From Chiloscyllium plagiosum (Eukaryota): 22,824 nucleotides of DNA. Both the position numbers and the translations under genes were made by a program. This document shows positions 1 to 9,166 of the stretch, piece by piece. The stretch is taken from the NCBI RefSeq assembly GCF_004010195.1, contig NC_057750.1:15663821-15686644 (forward strand), in the 5' to 3' direction. The notes beneath the pieces were generated by a model. That model did no database searches and was not told the origin of the DNA. It saw nothing but the letters and a program-made list of their open reading frames with translations. Each line of letters begins with the position of its first letter. The first letter of the stretch is position 1.

Positions 1-132
1 AGCACCTGGAGGAAAGCCTCGCAGACACAGGGAGACTGTGCAAACTCCACACAGATAGTTGCCCGAGAGTGGAATCAAACCTGGGTCCCTGGGCCTGTAA
101 GGTAGCAGTGCTAACCATTGAGTCACCATGCC
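1..132 (-). mobile_element. tRNA-derived V-SINE (HE1-like), 5' part, cut by the window edge
   Basis: The reverse complement has an A-box-like head (GGTGACTCAATGGTTAGCAC), a B-box-like GGTTTGATTCC and the V-domain core TGTGTGGAGTTTGCAC. It aligns with the copy at 17386-17710. Confidence 0.85.
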
Positions 133-452
133 ATGTTAATCTGATTAATTCTTTTTGTAACCTTTTTCTTGAGATTTGAACATTCCTGATAACGAATTGC
201 ACAGCGTGAGTTGCTCTCAGATGGAGGAGCACAGTGAGATGAATGTCCTCCCATAGTGCTGTTAGGTTTTGACGCAGTACCTTCACGTATGGTTGGTGTG
301 TTTGACCTGAAGCTTGATGGTGTCTCCTTGGCACCTATCCACCCACCCTTATTATAATGGCCTCAAGTGTATGCCACAACTCAGTTTCCTTTTGTTTTTA
401 AATGTTTCCAGACTCATTCATTTAGCGTTAACCATAGCCCCCATCCCTCTAT

Positions 453-618
453 GGGGGAGATGTAGTATAGTGGTAATCTCACTGGATTGCCAATCCAGGG
501 CCTAGGCTAATGCTTCATGGACACAGGTCCAAATCCCACCGGGGCACCTGGTGTGACTTAAATTCAGCCAGTAAACCTGGAATTGGAAGCCAGTGACTGT
601 GCAACTATCATTGATTGA
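453..618 (+). mobile_element. tRNA-derived SINE of a second family, 5' half
   Basis: Head TAGTATAGTGGTAATCTCACTGGA...AATCCAG...GGTCCAAATCCCACC. Colinear with the reverse complement of the SINE at 8032-8370. Confidence 0.7.
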
Positions 619-627
619 CATGTCTCT

Positions 628-1481
628 GCTGACTACATCTGCGGGAAGTGCACCCAATTCCAGCTCCTCGAAAACCGAGTTAGGGAACTGGAGTGGAGCT
701 GGATGAACAATGAATCATCCGGGAGGCTGAGGGGGAAATTGAGAGGACGTACAGGGAGGTGGTCACTCCCCAGACACAGGATAAGGACAGCTGGATTACA
801 GTCAGGGGGAGAAAAGGGAACTGACAGTCAGAGCAGGGATCCCTTGTGGTCATTTCCCTCAGCAATAAGTATACCGTTTTGGATACTGCTGGTGGGGACA
901 GCCTACCAGGGGAAAGCCATAGTTGTCAGGTCTCTGGCACTGTAGCTCAGAAGGGAAGGGGGGAGAATAGAAAAGCGCTAGTGGTATGGGGACTCAATAG
1001 TTAGATGGATAGACAGGAGATTTTGTGGTCAGGAACAGGACTCACGGAAGGAATGTTGCCTCCCCGGTGCCAGGGTCCAGGATGTTGCCGATCGGGTTTA
1101 CAGGATTCTGAAGGGGGAGGGTGAGCAGCCAGAAATCGTTGTACATATTGGCACCAATGATATAGCCAGGAAAGGGATTGAGGATCTGAAAAGTGATGAC
1201 AGAGAGTTAGGTTGGAAGCTGAAGTGCAGGATGAGTAGAGTAGTGATCTCAGGTTTGCTACCAGTGCCATGAGATAATGAGGTGAGGAACAGTCAGCAAA
1301 TGCAGCTTAACAAGTGGCTGCGAGGCTGGTGCAGGAGAGAGGGCTTCAGATACCTAGACTATTGGATATCTTCTGGGGAAGGTGGGACCTGTACATGAAG
1401 GACGGTTTGCACCTGAACTGGAGGGGCACAAATGTCCTGGGTGGGAGATTTGCTTGTGTGATTTGGGAAGGTTTAAACTAG
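628..1481 (+). pseudogene. CR1 ORF1 relic (zinc finger/coiled coil and SGNH esterase)
   Basis: DYICGKCTQFQLLENRVRELE, then GDS-like/IVRWIDRRFCG, CCLPGARVQDV, IVVHIGTND, VVISGLLP, DGLHLN and EGLN*. Contains frameshifts and an internal stop. Confidence 0.85.
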
Positions 1482-1894
1482 TTTGGCAGGGGGATGGGAA
1501 TCAGAGCACCATAGCTGAGAGGGGGACAGTTGCAGATGGGGCAGTGACAGGATGTAGTGAATCTATCGGGAAGGTTTCTCACGCAGTGAAACAAAGGTAT
1601 TGGTTAAAGTGTGCCTGCTTTAATGCAAGGACTGTCAGAAATAAGAGTGACGGACTTAGAGCATGGATCTGTACTTGGGGCTACGATGTTGTGGCCATAT
1701 CGGAGATGTGGGTTTCACAGGGGCAGGAATGGTTGCTAGATGTCCCTGGGTTTAGAACGTTTCAAAAGAACAGGGAGGGTGGAAAAAGAGGAGGGGGTAT
1801 AGCATTGCTAATCAGAGAGTGCATCACAGCTACAGAAACGAAGGTTGTTGAGTAAGATTTGTCTACTGAGTCAGTAAGGGTGGAAGTTAGGATC

Positions 1895-2555
1895 TATCGC
1901 TGCAGCCGGTGTGGCCTCCTCTATATTGGGGAGACAGGCCGCTGCAGCCGGTGTGGCCTCCTCTATATTGGGGAGACAGGCCGCCTACTTGCGGAGCGAT
2001 TCAGAGAGCACCTCTGGGCCACCCGGACGAACCAACCCAACCACCCTGTAGCACAGCATTTCAACTCCCCCTCCCACTCCACCGAGGATATGCAGGTCAT
2101 TGGACTCATCCACCGCCAAACCACAACAACGCGACGGTCGGAGGAGGAGCGTCTTATCTTCCGACTGGGAACCCTCCAACCACAGGGGATGAACTTGGAC
2201 TTCACCAGTTTCTTCATCCCCCCTCCCCCCACCTTGTCTCAGCCGAATCCCTCCAGCCCGGCACCACCTTCCTGACCTGCAGTCTTCTTCTTGACCTCTC
2301 CGCCTCCATCCTACTCCGACCTATCACCCTCACCTTGACCTCTTTCCACCTATCACATTTCCAACGCCCCTCCTCCAAGTCCCTCCTCCCTACCTTTTAT
2401 CTTCTCCTGCTGAACACTCTCTGCTCATTCCTGAAGAAGGGCCTGTGCCCGAAACGTCGAATCTCCTGTTCCCTCGATGCTGCCTGACCTGCTGTGCTGT
2501 TCCAGCAATAAAGTTTCAACTTTGATCTCCAGCATCTGCAGACCTCACTTTCTCC
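1895..2555 (+). mobile_element. 5'-truncated Penelope-like retroelement (C-terminal GIY-YIG endonuclease and 3' pseudo-LTR) nested in the CR1
   Basis: RCSRCGLLYIGETGR..LAERFREHL...HPVAQHFNSPSHS...EERLIFRLGTLQPQGMN is a PLE GIY-YIG domain. Flanked by the direct repeat TGGAAGTTAGGATC at 1881-1894 and 2556-2569, after which the CR1 coding sequence resumes. Confidence 0.92.
2427..2462 (+). ncRNA. Minimal type I hammerhead ribozyme
   Basis: AUUC-CUGAAGA-A-GGGC-CUGU-GCCC-GAAAC-GUC-GAAU: intact CUGANGA and GAAA core, 4-bp helix II, AUUC/GAAU helix I, GUC cleavage triplet and palindromic ACGU in place of helix III. This is the form known from Penelope pseudo-LTRs. Confidence 0.85.
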
Positions 2556-4129
2556 TGGAAGTTAGGATCAGCAAGGGAACAGCCACTGCATTGGTGGTTT
2601 TCTACAGACCATCTAATAGCAGTAGAGAGATTGAAGAACTCATAGGCAGGCAGATTCTGGAAAAATGCAGATGTAGCAGGGTTGTTGTTATGGGTGATTT
2701 CAACTTTCCCCAATATTGACTGGAACCTCCTAAGTGCAGATGGTTTGGATGGAGCTGTTTTTGTCAGGTGTATTCAGGAGGGTTTCCTTACTCAGTATGT
2801 AGACAGACCGACGAGGGGAGAGGCCATTTTGAATTTGGTGCTCGGCAATGTGCCAGTACAGATGTCAGATCTCATGGTGGGAGAACACTTTGGTGACAGT
2901 GATCACAACTGCCTCACATTTACCATAGCTTTGGAGAGGGAAAGGAGCAGTTACCAAGGGAAGATATTTAATTGGGGAAAAGGAAATTATGACACTATCA
3001 GACAGGAGTTGGGAAGTGCAGACTGGGAGCAATTGTTCCACAGAAAGGGCACAGCAGACATGTGGAGACTATTTAAGAAGCAGATGTTGCGAGTGATGCA
3101 CCAATTTGTTCGTCTGAGACAGGTAAGAAGGGGTAAGATTAAGGAACCTTGGATGACGAGAACAGAGGAGCTTCTCGTCAAAAGGTAGAAGGCAACTTAC
3201 GTAAGGTGTAGGAAGCAAGGATCTAGCACAGCTTTAGAGGATTACAGGCTTGCTAGAAAGGATCTCAGAAATGGATTGAGGAGAGCCAGGAGGGGGTATG
3301 AAAAAGGCTTGGCAAGAAGGATTAGGGAGAACCCAAAGGCATTTTACTCATACATGAAGAATAAGAGAATGATCAGGAAGAAGGTAGGGCCGATCAGGGA
3401 TAGCAGAGGGAACTTGTGCTTGGAGTCTGAGCAGATAGGGGAAACCCTAAATGAGTTATTTGCTTCTGTTTTCATTAAAGAAAGGGACCTTGTTGTGAAT
3501 GAAAACTTTGAGGAGCTGGGATATAGGCTTGACCAGATCAAGATTGATGAAGTTGATGTGTTGGAAATTTTGGAAAACATTAAGATTGATAAGTCCCCAG
3601 GGCCAGACCAGATTTATCCTAGGCTGCTCTGGGAAGCAAGAAAGGAGGTTGCGAAGCCGCTGGCGAAGATATTTGTCTCCTCACTCTCCAAGGAGTCGTA
3701 CCGGAGGACCGGAAGAAGGCGAATGTTGTTCCTCTTTTCAAGAAGGGCAATAGGGAAATCCCTAGCAAGTACAGACCAGTGAGTCTTACGTCTGTGGTCA
3801 GCAAAGTTTTGGAAAGAATTCTGAGGGATAGGATTTATGACTATTTGGCAAAGCATAGTGTGATTAAAGGCAGTCAGCATGGCTTTGTGAGGGGCAGGTC
3901 ATGCCTCACAAATCTTATTGAGTTCTTTGAGAAGGTGACAAGACAGGTTGACGAAGGTTGAGCAGTGGATGTATATAGACTTCAGCAAGGCATTTGATAA
4001 GGTTCCCCGTGGTAGGCTCATTCATAAAGTCTTTGAGGAGAAAGTGAGGTCTGCAGATGCTGGAGATCAGAGATGGAAATGTGTTGCTGGAAAAGCGCAG
4101 CAGGTCAGGCAGCATCCAGGGAACAGGAG

Positions 4130-4165
4130 AATCAACGTTTCGGGCATAAGCCCTTCTTCAGGAAT
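4130..4165 (-). ncRNA. Minimal type I hammerhead ribozyme, second copy
   Basis: The reverse complement reads AUUC-CUGAAGA-A-GGGC-UUAU-GCCC-GAAAC-GUU-GAUU. Core and helix II are intact, the triplet is GUU, and helix I has one mismatch. Confidence 0.75.
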
Positions 4166-4361
4166 GAGGAAAGTTTGTCCAGCAGGCTAAGATAAAAGGT
4201 AGGGAGGAGGGACTTGGGGGAGGGGCGTCGGAAATGTGATAGGTAGAAAGAGGTGAAGGTGAGGGTGATAGGTCAGACTGGGATGGGGGAGGAGAGGTCG
4301 GGAAGAAGATTGCAGGTTAGGAAGGCGGTGCTGAATTCGATGGATTTGACTGAGACAAGGT

Positions 4362-4606
4362 NNNNNNNNNNNNNNNNNNNNNNNNNNNNNNNNNNNNNNN
4401 NNNNNNNNNNNNNNNNNNNNNNNNNNNNNNNNNNNNNNNNNNNNNNNNNNNNNNNNNNNNNNNNNNNNNNNNNNNNNNNNNNNNNNNNNNNNNNNNNNNN
4501 NNNNNNNNNNNNNNNNNNNNNNNNNNNNNNNNNNNNNNNNNNNNNNNNNNNNNNNNNNNNNNNNNNNNNNNNNNNNNNNNNNNNNNNNNNNNNNNNNNNN
4601 NNNNNN
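4362..4606. other. Assembly gap (245 N)
   Basis: Run of N. Confidence 1.
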
Positions 4607-4853
4607 GGAGTGGAGGTTGGGTTGGTGGGGGGTGTGGATCTGACGAGGGAGTCACGGAGGGAGTGGTCTTTACGGAATGCTGATAGGGGAGGGGAGGGAA
4701 ATATATCCTTGGTGGTGGGGTCCGTTTGGAGGTAGCGGAGAGTAAGACAGAGTTTGGCAGTCCAGTGGTTCATCTAATTGTGTCCACCCAGCAATGTGGT
4801 GTGGGCTTTAGTGCATACCTATGGCTAACCCATGCCCCCCTTGATCTTACCAG

Positions 4854-5010
4854 GAACTGAAGATGTCCGAGATGGTGGAATTAATTGTGGAGACTGCGGC
4901 TGAAGCTGGAGCAACAGGATTTAGTGTGTCTGGTGGAGGCAAAGAAGGAATCTTTGTCAAGGAGGTGCTGAAGGAATCGAGGGCTGCGAGAGCACTCAAT
5001 CTGAAGGAGG
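4854..5010 (+). CDS. PRX: Periaxin internal coding exon (157 bp), N-terminal half of the PDZ domain
   Basis: Acceptor ttgatcttaccag ends at 4853 and donor gtaagc starts at 5011. Translates [52 protein letters not shown](G), matching recalled human PRX [30 protein letters not shown]...LQEG. Not present in the supplied ORF track. Confidence 0.95.
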
Positions 5011-5094
5011 GTAAGCTGCATTTCATGCCAGGATATTAAAGGCTCAGATGTTGAACCTGTATAGAAGGTAATGGAGTTTCCAGTTACAAATGCA

Positions 5095-5375
5095 TGAATT
5101 AGGAACAGGAAGAGGCCATTCAGCCCCAAAAGTCTGTTCCACCATTCAATAAGATTGTTGAGGGGGGGGGGTTTGCTTCCATTTGGCCACTAACCCCGAT
5201 GACCTTTGACTCCACCCCCATCCCATCCCCATTTGTCAAGAATCAATCTACTTCTGCCTTAAAAGTATTCAATGATCTACACCCCCTCTGTCTGGGGAGT
5301 GCTGCACAGACTCGACCCTTTGAGAGAAAATATTTCTGTCTTAAATGAGAGACCCCATATTTTTATACTATGTTC
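5095..5375 (-). mobile_element. CR1 LINE 3' tail fragment
   Basis: GAATTAGGAACAGGAAGAGGCCATTCAGCCC...CCATTCAATAAGAT resembles the reverse complement of shark CR1 3' ends, from recall. Confidence 0.6.
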
Positions 5376-6059
5376 GACAACTCCCCCCACCCCCTCACCA
5401 AGTCTGTCTCCAAAGATGACATATCCTGTCAGCTCCCCATTTGCCACCCTCGCTGCCTGGATCACAGCTGCTTGATGCTTCCTTCCAGCCCTCACTCAGG
5501 CAGAGATCCGGCCTCTTCACAACAGCCAGACCTTTCAGCCTGAGAATTGACCTCATGGTGGGAAATGGCCTGCAATGGTCTGGGTAAGGGCAGGCCTTGC
5601 CTGCCCCATGTAGAATTGCAGACAAGTTTGGGAGCATGTGACAGTACATTGGGAGCGTGCCCACATTACAGTGACCTCATCACAGAATATTCCATGCTTT
5701 TTGTTTGAACACAACTTTCAGGGACTGGATGTCTGAGCAATGACAGATCAATGCCCAAGACGGAAAACACTGTCAATGATTACCAATGAAAGGCAAACAC
5801 CTTCAACAATGAGATATTGATTGGAACTGCCAGCTTCACCTTCCAGGCATCACAGTGAAAATCTGCTCCAGGGGTCTCATGTCCCTCACGAATGTTGGTT
5901 TTGACTTTATGAAAGATGGTCATTTGGCTATAATTTTTCTCGGCCTGTTGGAGTGCCCGGTTTGACGGTCTTTACAGGTGAATTCTCCCGCACGGCTGTA
6001 TGTTTCCAGGAGGTGATGGGGACCCCCCACTGTCACAGGTGGCATATGGACAGCAGCAT

Positions 6060-6182
6060 TCCCTTTAATCACTGTGCGCTTTACATACTGTTCCCTTTAC
6101 CCACTGTCTCCCTTTACACACTGCTACCTTTAATCACTATGTGCTTTACCCACTATCCCCTTTACTCACTGTCCCACTTAGC
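6060..6182. repeat. Degenerate tandem repeat, unit about 16-17 bp (CCCTTTACACACTGT-like), about 7 copies
   Basis: Recurring CTTTA..CACT(G/A)T motif seen directly. Confidence 0.8.
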
Positions 6183-6234
6183 CAGTTTCCATTTATTTAT
6201 TAAACCCTCTACCCAGTGTCCCATAAGTCATAGA

Positions 6235-6490
6235 AGCAGAAGTTCTGCTTTTTACTTAGCCCGTAGCTGCTTACATTCCCTCAGCAGAACTTCTTTTCTC
6301 TTTCTACCAATATTGTTGGTAACAATGTGAGGCACTTGGATATTCCCCCTCCCAATCCAAGTTTCTTTGCAGCCCAGATGAGAAATCCTGACCCCAGGCA
6401 CAACACATCCTTCAGGACTCTTGATCCTGGCCTCAGAGAACTGTGTCTATTCCCATGACTATACTTTCTCCTGTTAAAACTGCATTTCTC
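6235..6490 (-). mobile_element. Old CR1 ORF1 esterase fragment
   Basis: The reverse strand gives degenerate RNAVLTGESIVMGIDTVL..QES.RMCC and HIVTNNIGRKRKEVLL. Confidence 0.65.
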
Positions 6491-6629
6491 CTACTAGTGT
6501 TTTCTTCTCATTTTTTTTAACTCCACCCATTCTGAACCTTCCAATTCAAAATCATTTCCTGTTATCGTACTTGTTCCTTCCTGTACCAACAATGTTCCCC
6601 CCCCCCGCCACCCTTCCTGCCTGTCCTTT

Positions 6630-7140
6630 CAAAAAGTCACATACCCCTGAAAATTAAGTTCCCAGCTTTGATCTCCTTGTAACTATGTTTCTGTATTAAC
6701 TATAAAATCATGTAATGTCTTTTGGTCCAATTAATTCATTTATTTTCTTCCAATGCCTCACACGTTCAAGTAAAGAGACATTATTTTTATCTTTTTACCA
6801 TTATTTCCCCTTTTGATTCTACTTACTGCTGTTTTTCTATGTTTATACATTCTGCCCCTTCTTGTTCCACTCTGGGTATCGTTATCCAAATAGCTGCTGT
6901 ATAAAGCTGCCATCTCATCTTGCTTTGCAAGTCTACTTTTCCCCTGTCTTCAAACCATCCCCCCTCTAAGTAGTTATTCAATTCACCAGGACACTGGTCC
7001 CAGCATGGTTCAAGTGATACCCATCCCACAGAATAGCTCACTTCTACTGCCAGTGCCCTATGAACTGAAAGCCATTCCAACACACCAATCTTTGAGCCAC
7101 ATATTTAACTCCTTGACTTTATTTAACCTATGCCAGCGTA
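6630..7140 (-). mobile_element. Old CR1 fragment (end of the ORF1 esterase to the start of the endonuclease)
   Basis: The reverse strand gives KVKELNMWLKDWC..GFQFIGHW...DGYHLNHAGTSVL, and later LQGDQSWELNFQG. Confidence 0.65.
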
Positions 7141-7719
7141 TTGTTAGGCTAAAAGTACCTAACAGGTTCTTCAAGGTCTGATCAAAATGATACAATAAGA
7201 CATGTGCACTTCAATACATAGCAAATGTATCAGCTTAATCTACCTTATATATACAATTAATGAGTGAATCTATTAAGTTAAACTACTTTATACACACAAT
7301 GAGTCTCACTGCCTTTGGGAACTTTGGACGGTTGGCATTTACAGCTCTATCTCAGATCCCATGGCACTGGTCTCAGGAAACTCGAACTGATGGGGAAACT
7401 CTCTGATATTAATACGTTCTCAATCTAAGGTTATGTGCTGAATCCCCATTTCGTAAGACCTTCAGTACTTTACCATTCCTCAAGAATAGGGCAGGAAAAC
7501 AAGTCTAGGTGGCCCCATGTAGACTGCACAAGTGAATGGTTCCTACTGGCCCTCAAGGGCAGGCAGTTGCCGCCGCAACCTCCTTCCCCGGTCAAACCAA
7601 GCTGGTTTTGCATCAGGCCCATCTTCACTTTTCCACTTTCCTTCAATTGTTCATTGTCATGTCCAATTAACCTGTAATAGTTTGGTTTGAAGATATCATT
7701 ATTAAGCCCAACACAGCAG

Positions 7720-8025
7720 CCAGTTTACCTGTGACTCAGGTAATAATCCAGAGATTGGTACCTTGGAAGTTTTGCTTTCTAATTTAACTCCTAGTTGTTC
7801 AAAGTCTTTCAGCAAAACCTCCTCCTAGTCCTATCAAATGTTGTTGGTATCGACATGGACAATGACTGCTGGATGCCTGTCCTCCCAGAGCTCTTCAATA
7901 CACCCACTGCTCTGCGAGATGTTCTTAACCCGGGCAAAGCCATCTGGGACTCCTGCTGCTGGCTGCAGAGAACAGTATCTATACCCTTTTTTATACCCTC
8001 CCCTACGACAACTACCTTTTTAAAA
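7720..8025 (-). mobile_element. Old CR1 ORF1 esterase fragment, probably the same copy as 6630-7140
   Basis: The reverse strand gives VVVVGEGIKKGIDTVLC, PAVIVHVDTNN and KDFEQLGVKLESKTSKVPISGLLPE. Confidence 0.7.
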
Positions 8026-8031
8026 AAACGT

Positions 8032-8370
8032 CCATTCATTGGATGTGGGCGTCGCTGGCTAGGCCAGCATTTATTACCCATCCCTAATTGCCCAGAGGGC
8101 AGTCAAGAGTCAACCACATTGTTTTTGGTCTGGAGTCACATGGAGGTCAAACCATGTAAGGATAGTTTCCTTGCCTCAGGTACATCAGTGAACCAGATGA
8201 GTTTTTCCCGACAATGGCTTCATTGTCGTCATTAGGACTCTTCATTCTAGATTTTTATTGAATTCAAATTCCACTATTGCCATGACTGTATTCAAACCCA
8301 GATCCCCAGAACATGACCTGGGTCTCTGGATTAATAGTCCAACGGTAATACCACTAGACTGTCACCTTTC
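8032..8370 (-). mobile_element. Near full-length tRNA-derived SINE (same family as 453-618)
   Basis: The reverse complement runs from a tRNA-like head (CTAGTGGTATTACC...GGGTTTGAATAC) to the tail GGGATGGGTAATAAATGCTGGCCTAGCCAGCGACGCCCACATCC. Confidence 0.8.
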
Positions 8371-8580
8371 CCACTTGGATGGCTCCCATTTCTGAGGTGC
8401 CCTTTATTCACTGTTCCCTCGACCCATTAATCATTTACCTACTGCATGTGTTATTCTCCATCCCCTGCTTTCCCTCTTGGATGAGTTCCATTCCTTCTTC
8501 CTTTGCCAGTGGCAGAAAGCTGACACTTTTTTCTCCATCCTCTTCTCTGACGCCTGCTTGCGGGGTTTGTGTCTTTTCAG

Positions 8581-8774
8581 GAGATCAACTTCTCAGTGCC
8601 AAGGTCTTCTTTGACAATGCCAAGTACGAAGACGTGCTGAAGATTCTGCAGAGTGCCGAACCATATAAAGTCGCCTTCTGCCTGAAGCGAACAGTGCCTA
8701 GTGCTGATGTGGCCATTTCATCAGAGACTGGGAGCCTTGAACTGAAAGGGCCAGAAGCCAAAAAGACCAAACTG
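8581..8774 (+). CDS. PRX: Periaxin internal coding exon (194 bp), C-terminal half of the PDZ domain and start of the basic domain
   Basis: Acceptor gtgtcttttcag ends at 8580 and donor gtaaga starts at 8775. The phase-1 join completes the Gly codon. Translates (G)[42 protein letters not shown]...[12 protein letters not shown], matching PRX GDQLLSARVFFENFKYED...FCLKRTVP...EIKGPRAKVAKL. Confidence 0.95.
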
Positions 8775-8810
8775 GTAAGATTTTCAAAAAAACTCCAGCT
8801 TGTTCAGTAA
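8775..8810 (+). CDS. PRX: Putative S-periaxin-specific tail from retention of the last intron ([11 protein letters not shown])
   Basis: The exon frame continues 11 codons into the intron and ends at TAA 8808-8810. Mammalian S-periaxin is made by retention of the equivalent intron. Expression is not shown by the sequence. Confidence 0.45.
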   Translation, partial: VRFSKKLQLVQ

Positions 8811-9014
8811 AATTGAAAGTAGTCTTTAAACTGGAGGGGAGTTTTACTTCTGCTGTCAGGTAGAGGACAGACAAGAAGCAAGTCAACTTCCTGATTTGTA
8901 CACTGTAAGATTTCTGTTCCCATAAAATGATGTTCCCATATTGATGTCTCTCAATACACATACTGCTTCTGTGAATTGACTGTCCTTCCATTTGGGAACT
9001 TATACTGTTCAATT

Positions 9015-9155
9015 TGTTCATGGGGTGTTGGCATCATTGGCTGGGGCCAGCATTTATTGCCCACCCCAAATTACCCTTGAGCCTTCTTGAACTGCTGCAG
9101 TTTGTGTGCTATTGGTTCTCCATGATACAGTTAGGGAGGGAGCTCCAGGATTTTG
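9015..9155 (-). mobile_element. Retroelement 3' tail fragment sharing the ...GGGCAATAAATGCTGGCC... end
   Basis: GGCCAGCATTTATTGCCCA matches the SINE tail at 8060-8085. Confidence 0.65.
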
Positions 9156-9166
9156 GAATATGTCGC

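Larger units (their letters stand above)
1600..4031 (+). pseudogene. CR1 ORF2 relic (AP endonuclease and partial reverse transcriptase)
   Basis: CFNARTVRNK, YDVVAISEMW, GGGIALL, FYRP, VMGDFN, PTRGEAIL, GDSDHN, KSPGPDQIYP, YRPVSLTSVV, QHGF..GRSCLTNLIEFF and IDFSKAFDKVP. Stops at 1853, 3186 and 3959, plus frameshifts. Confidence 0.92.
620..4034 (+). mobile_element. Decayed CR1-clade LINE (ORF1, endonuclease, first half of RT), interrupted at 1895-2555 and lacking its 3' end
   Basis: ORF1 relic, AP-endonuclease motifs and RT motifs occur in the order expected for CR1, with several stops and frameshifts. Confidence 0.93.
4035..4740 (-). mobile_element. Second Penelope-like element of the same family, inverted, spanning the assembly gap
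   Basis: 4036-4361 aligns as the reverse complement of about 2230-2556. 4607-4740 encodes RYLQTDPTTKDIFPSPPLSAFRKDHSLRDSLVRS, the PLE linker that precedes the GIY-YIG domain. Confidence 0.88.

Noticed and set aside
221..256. ctctcag-ATGGAGGAGCACAGTGAG as the PRX start exon
   Set aside because: The best nearby donor (gtgaga) gives phase 1, but the 4854 exon needs phase 0. The frame stops at 254-256. The true start exon is probably outside the window.
4253..4773. ORFs of 112-166 aa across the gap
   Set aside because: Their length comes from the N run. The real part is Penelope sequence.
4977..4988. SRAA in place of the usual PDZ SPAA
   Set aside because: As recalled, AHNAK2 also lacks this proline, so the position tolerates change.
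8379..8580. N-terminal part of the 143-aa ORF 8379-8810
   Set aside because: Pyrimidine-rich intron sequence before the acceptor. PDZ similarity starts only at 8581.
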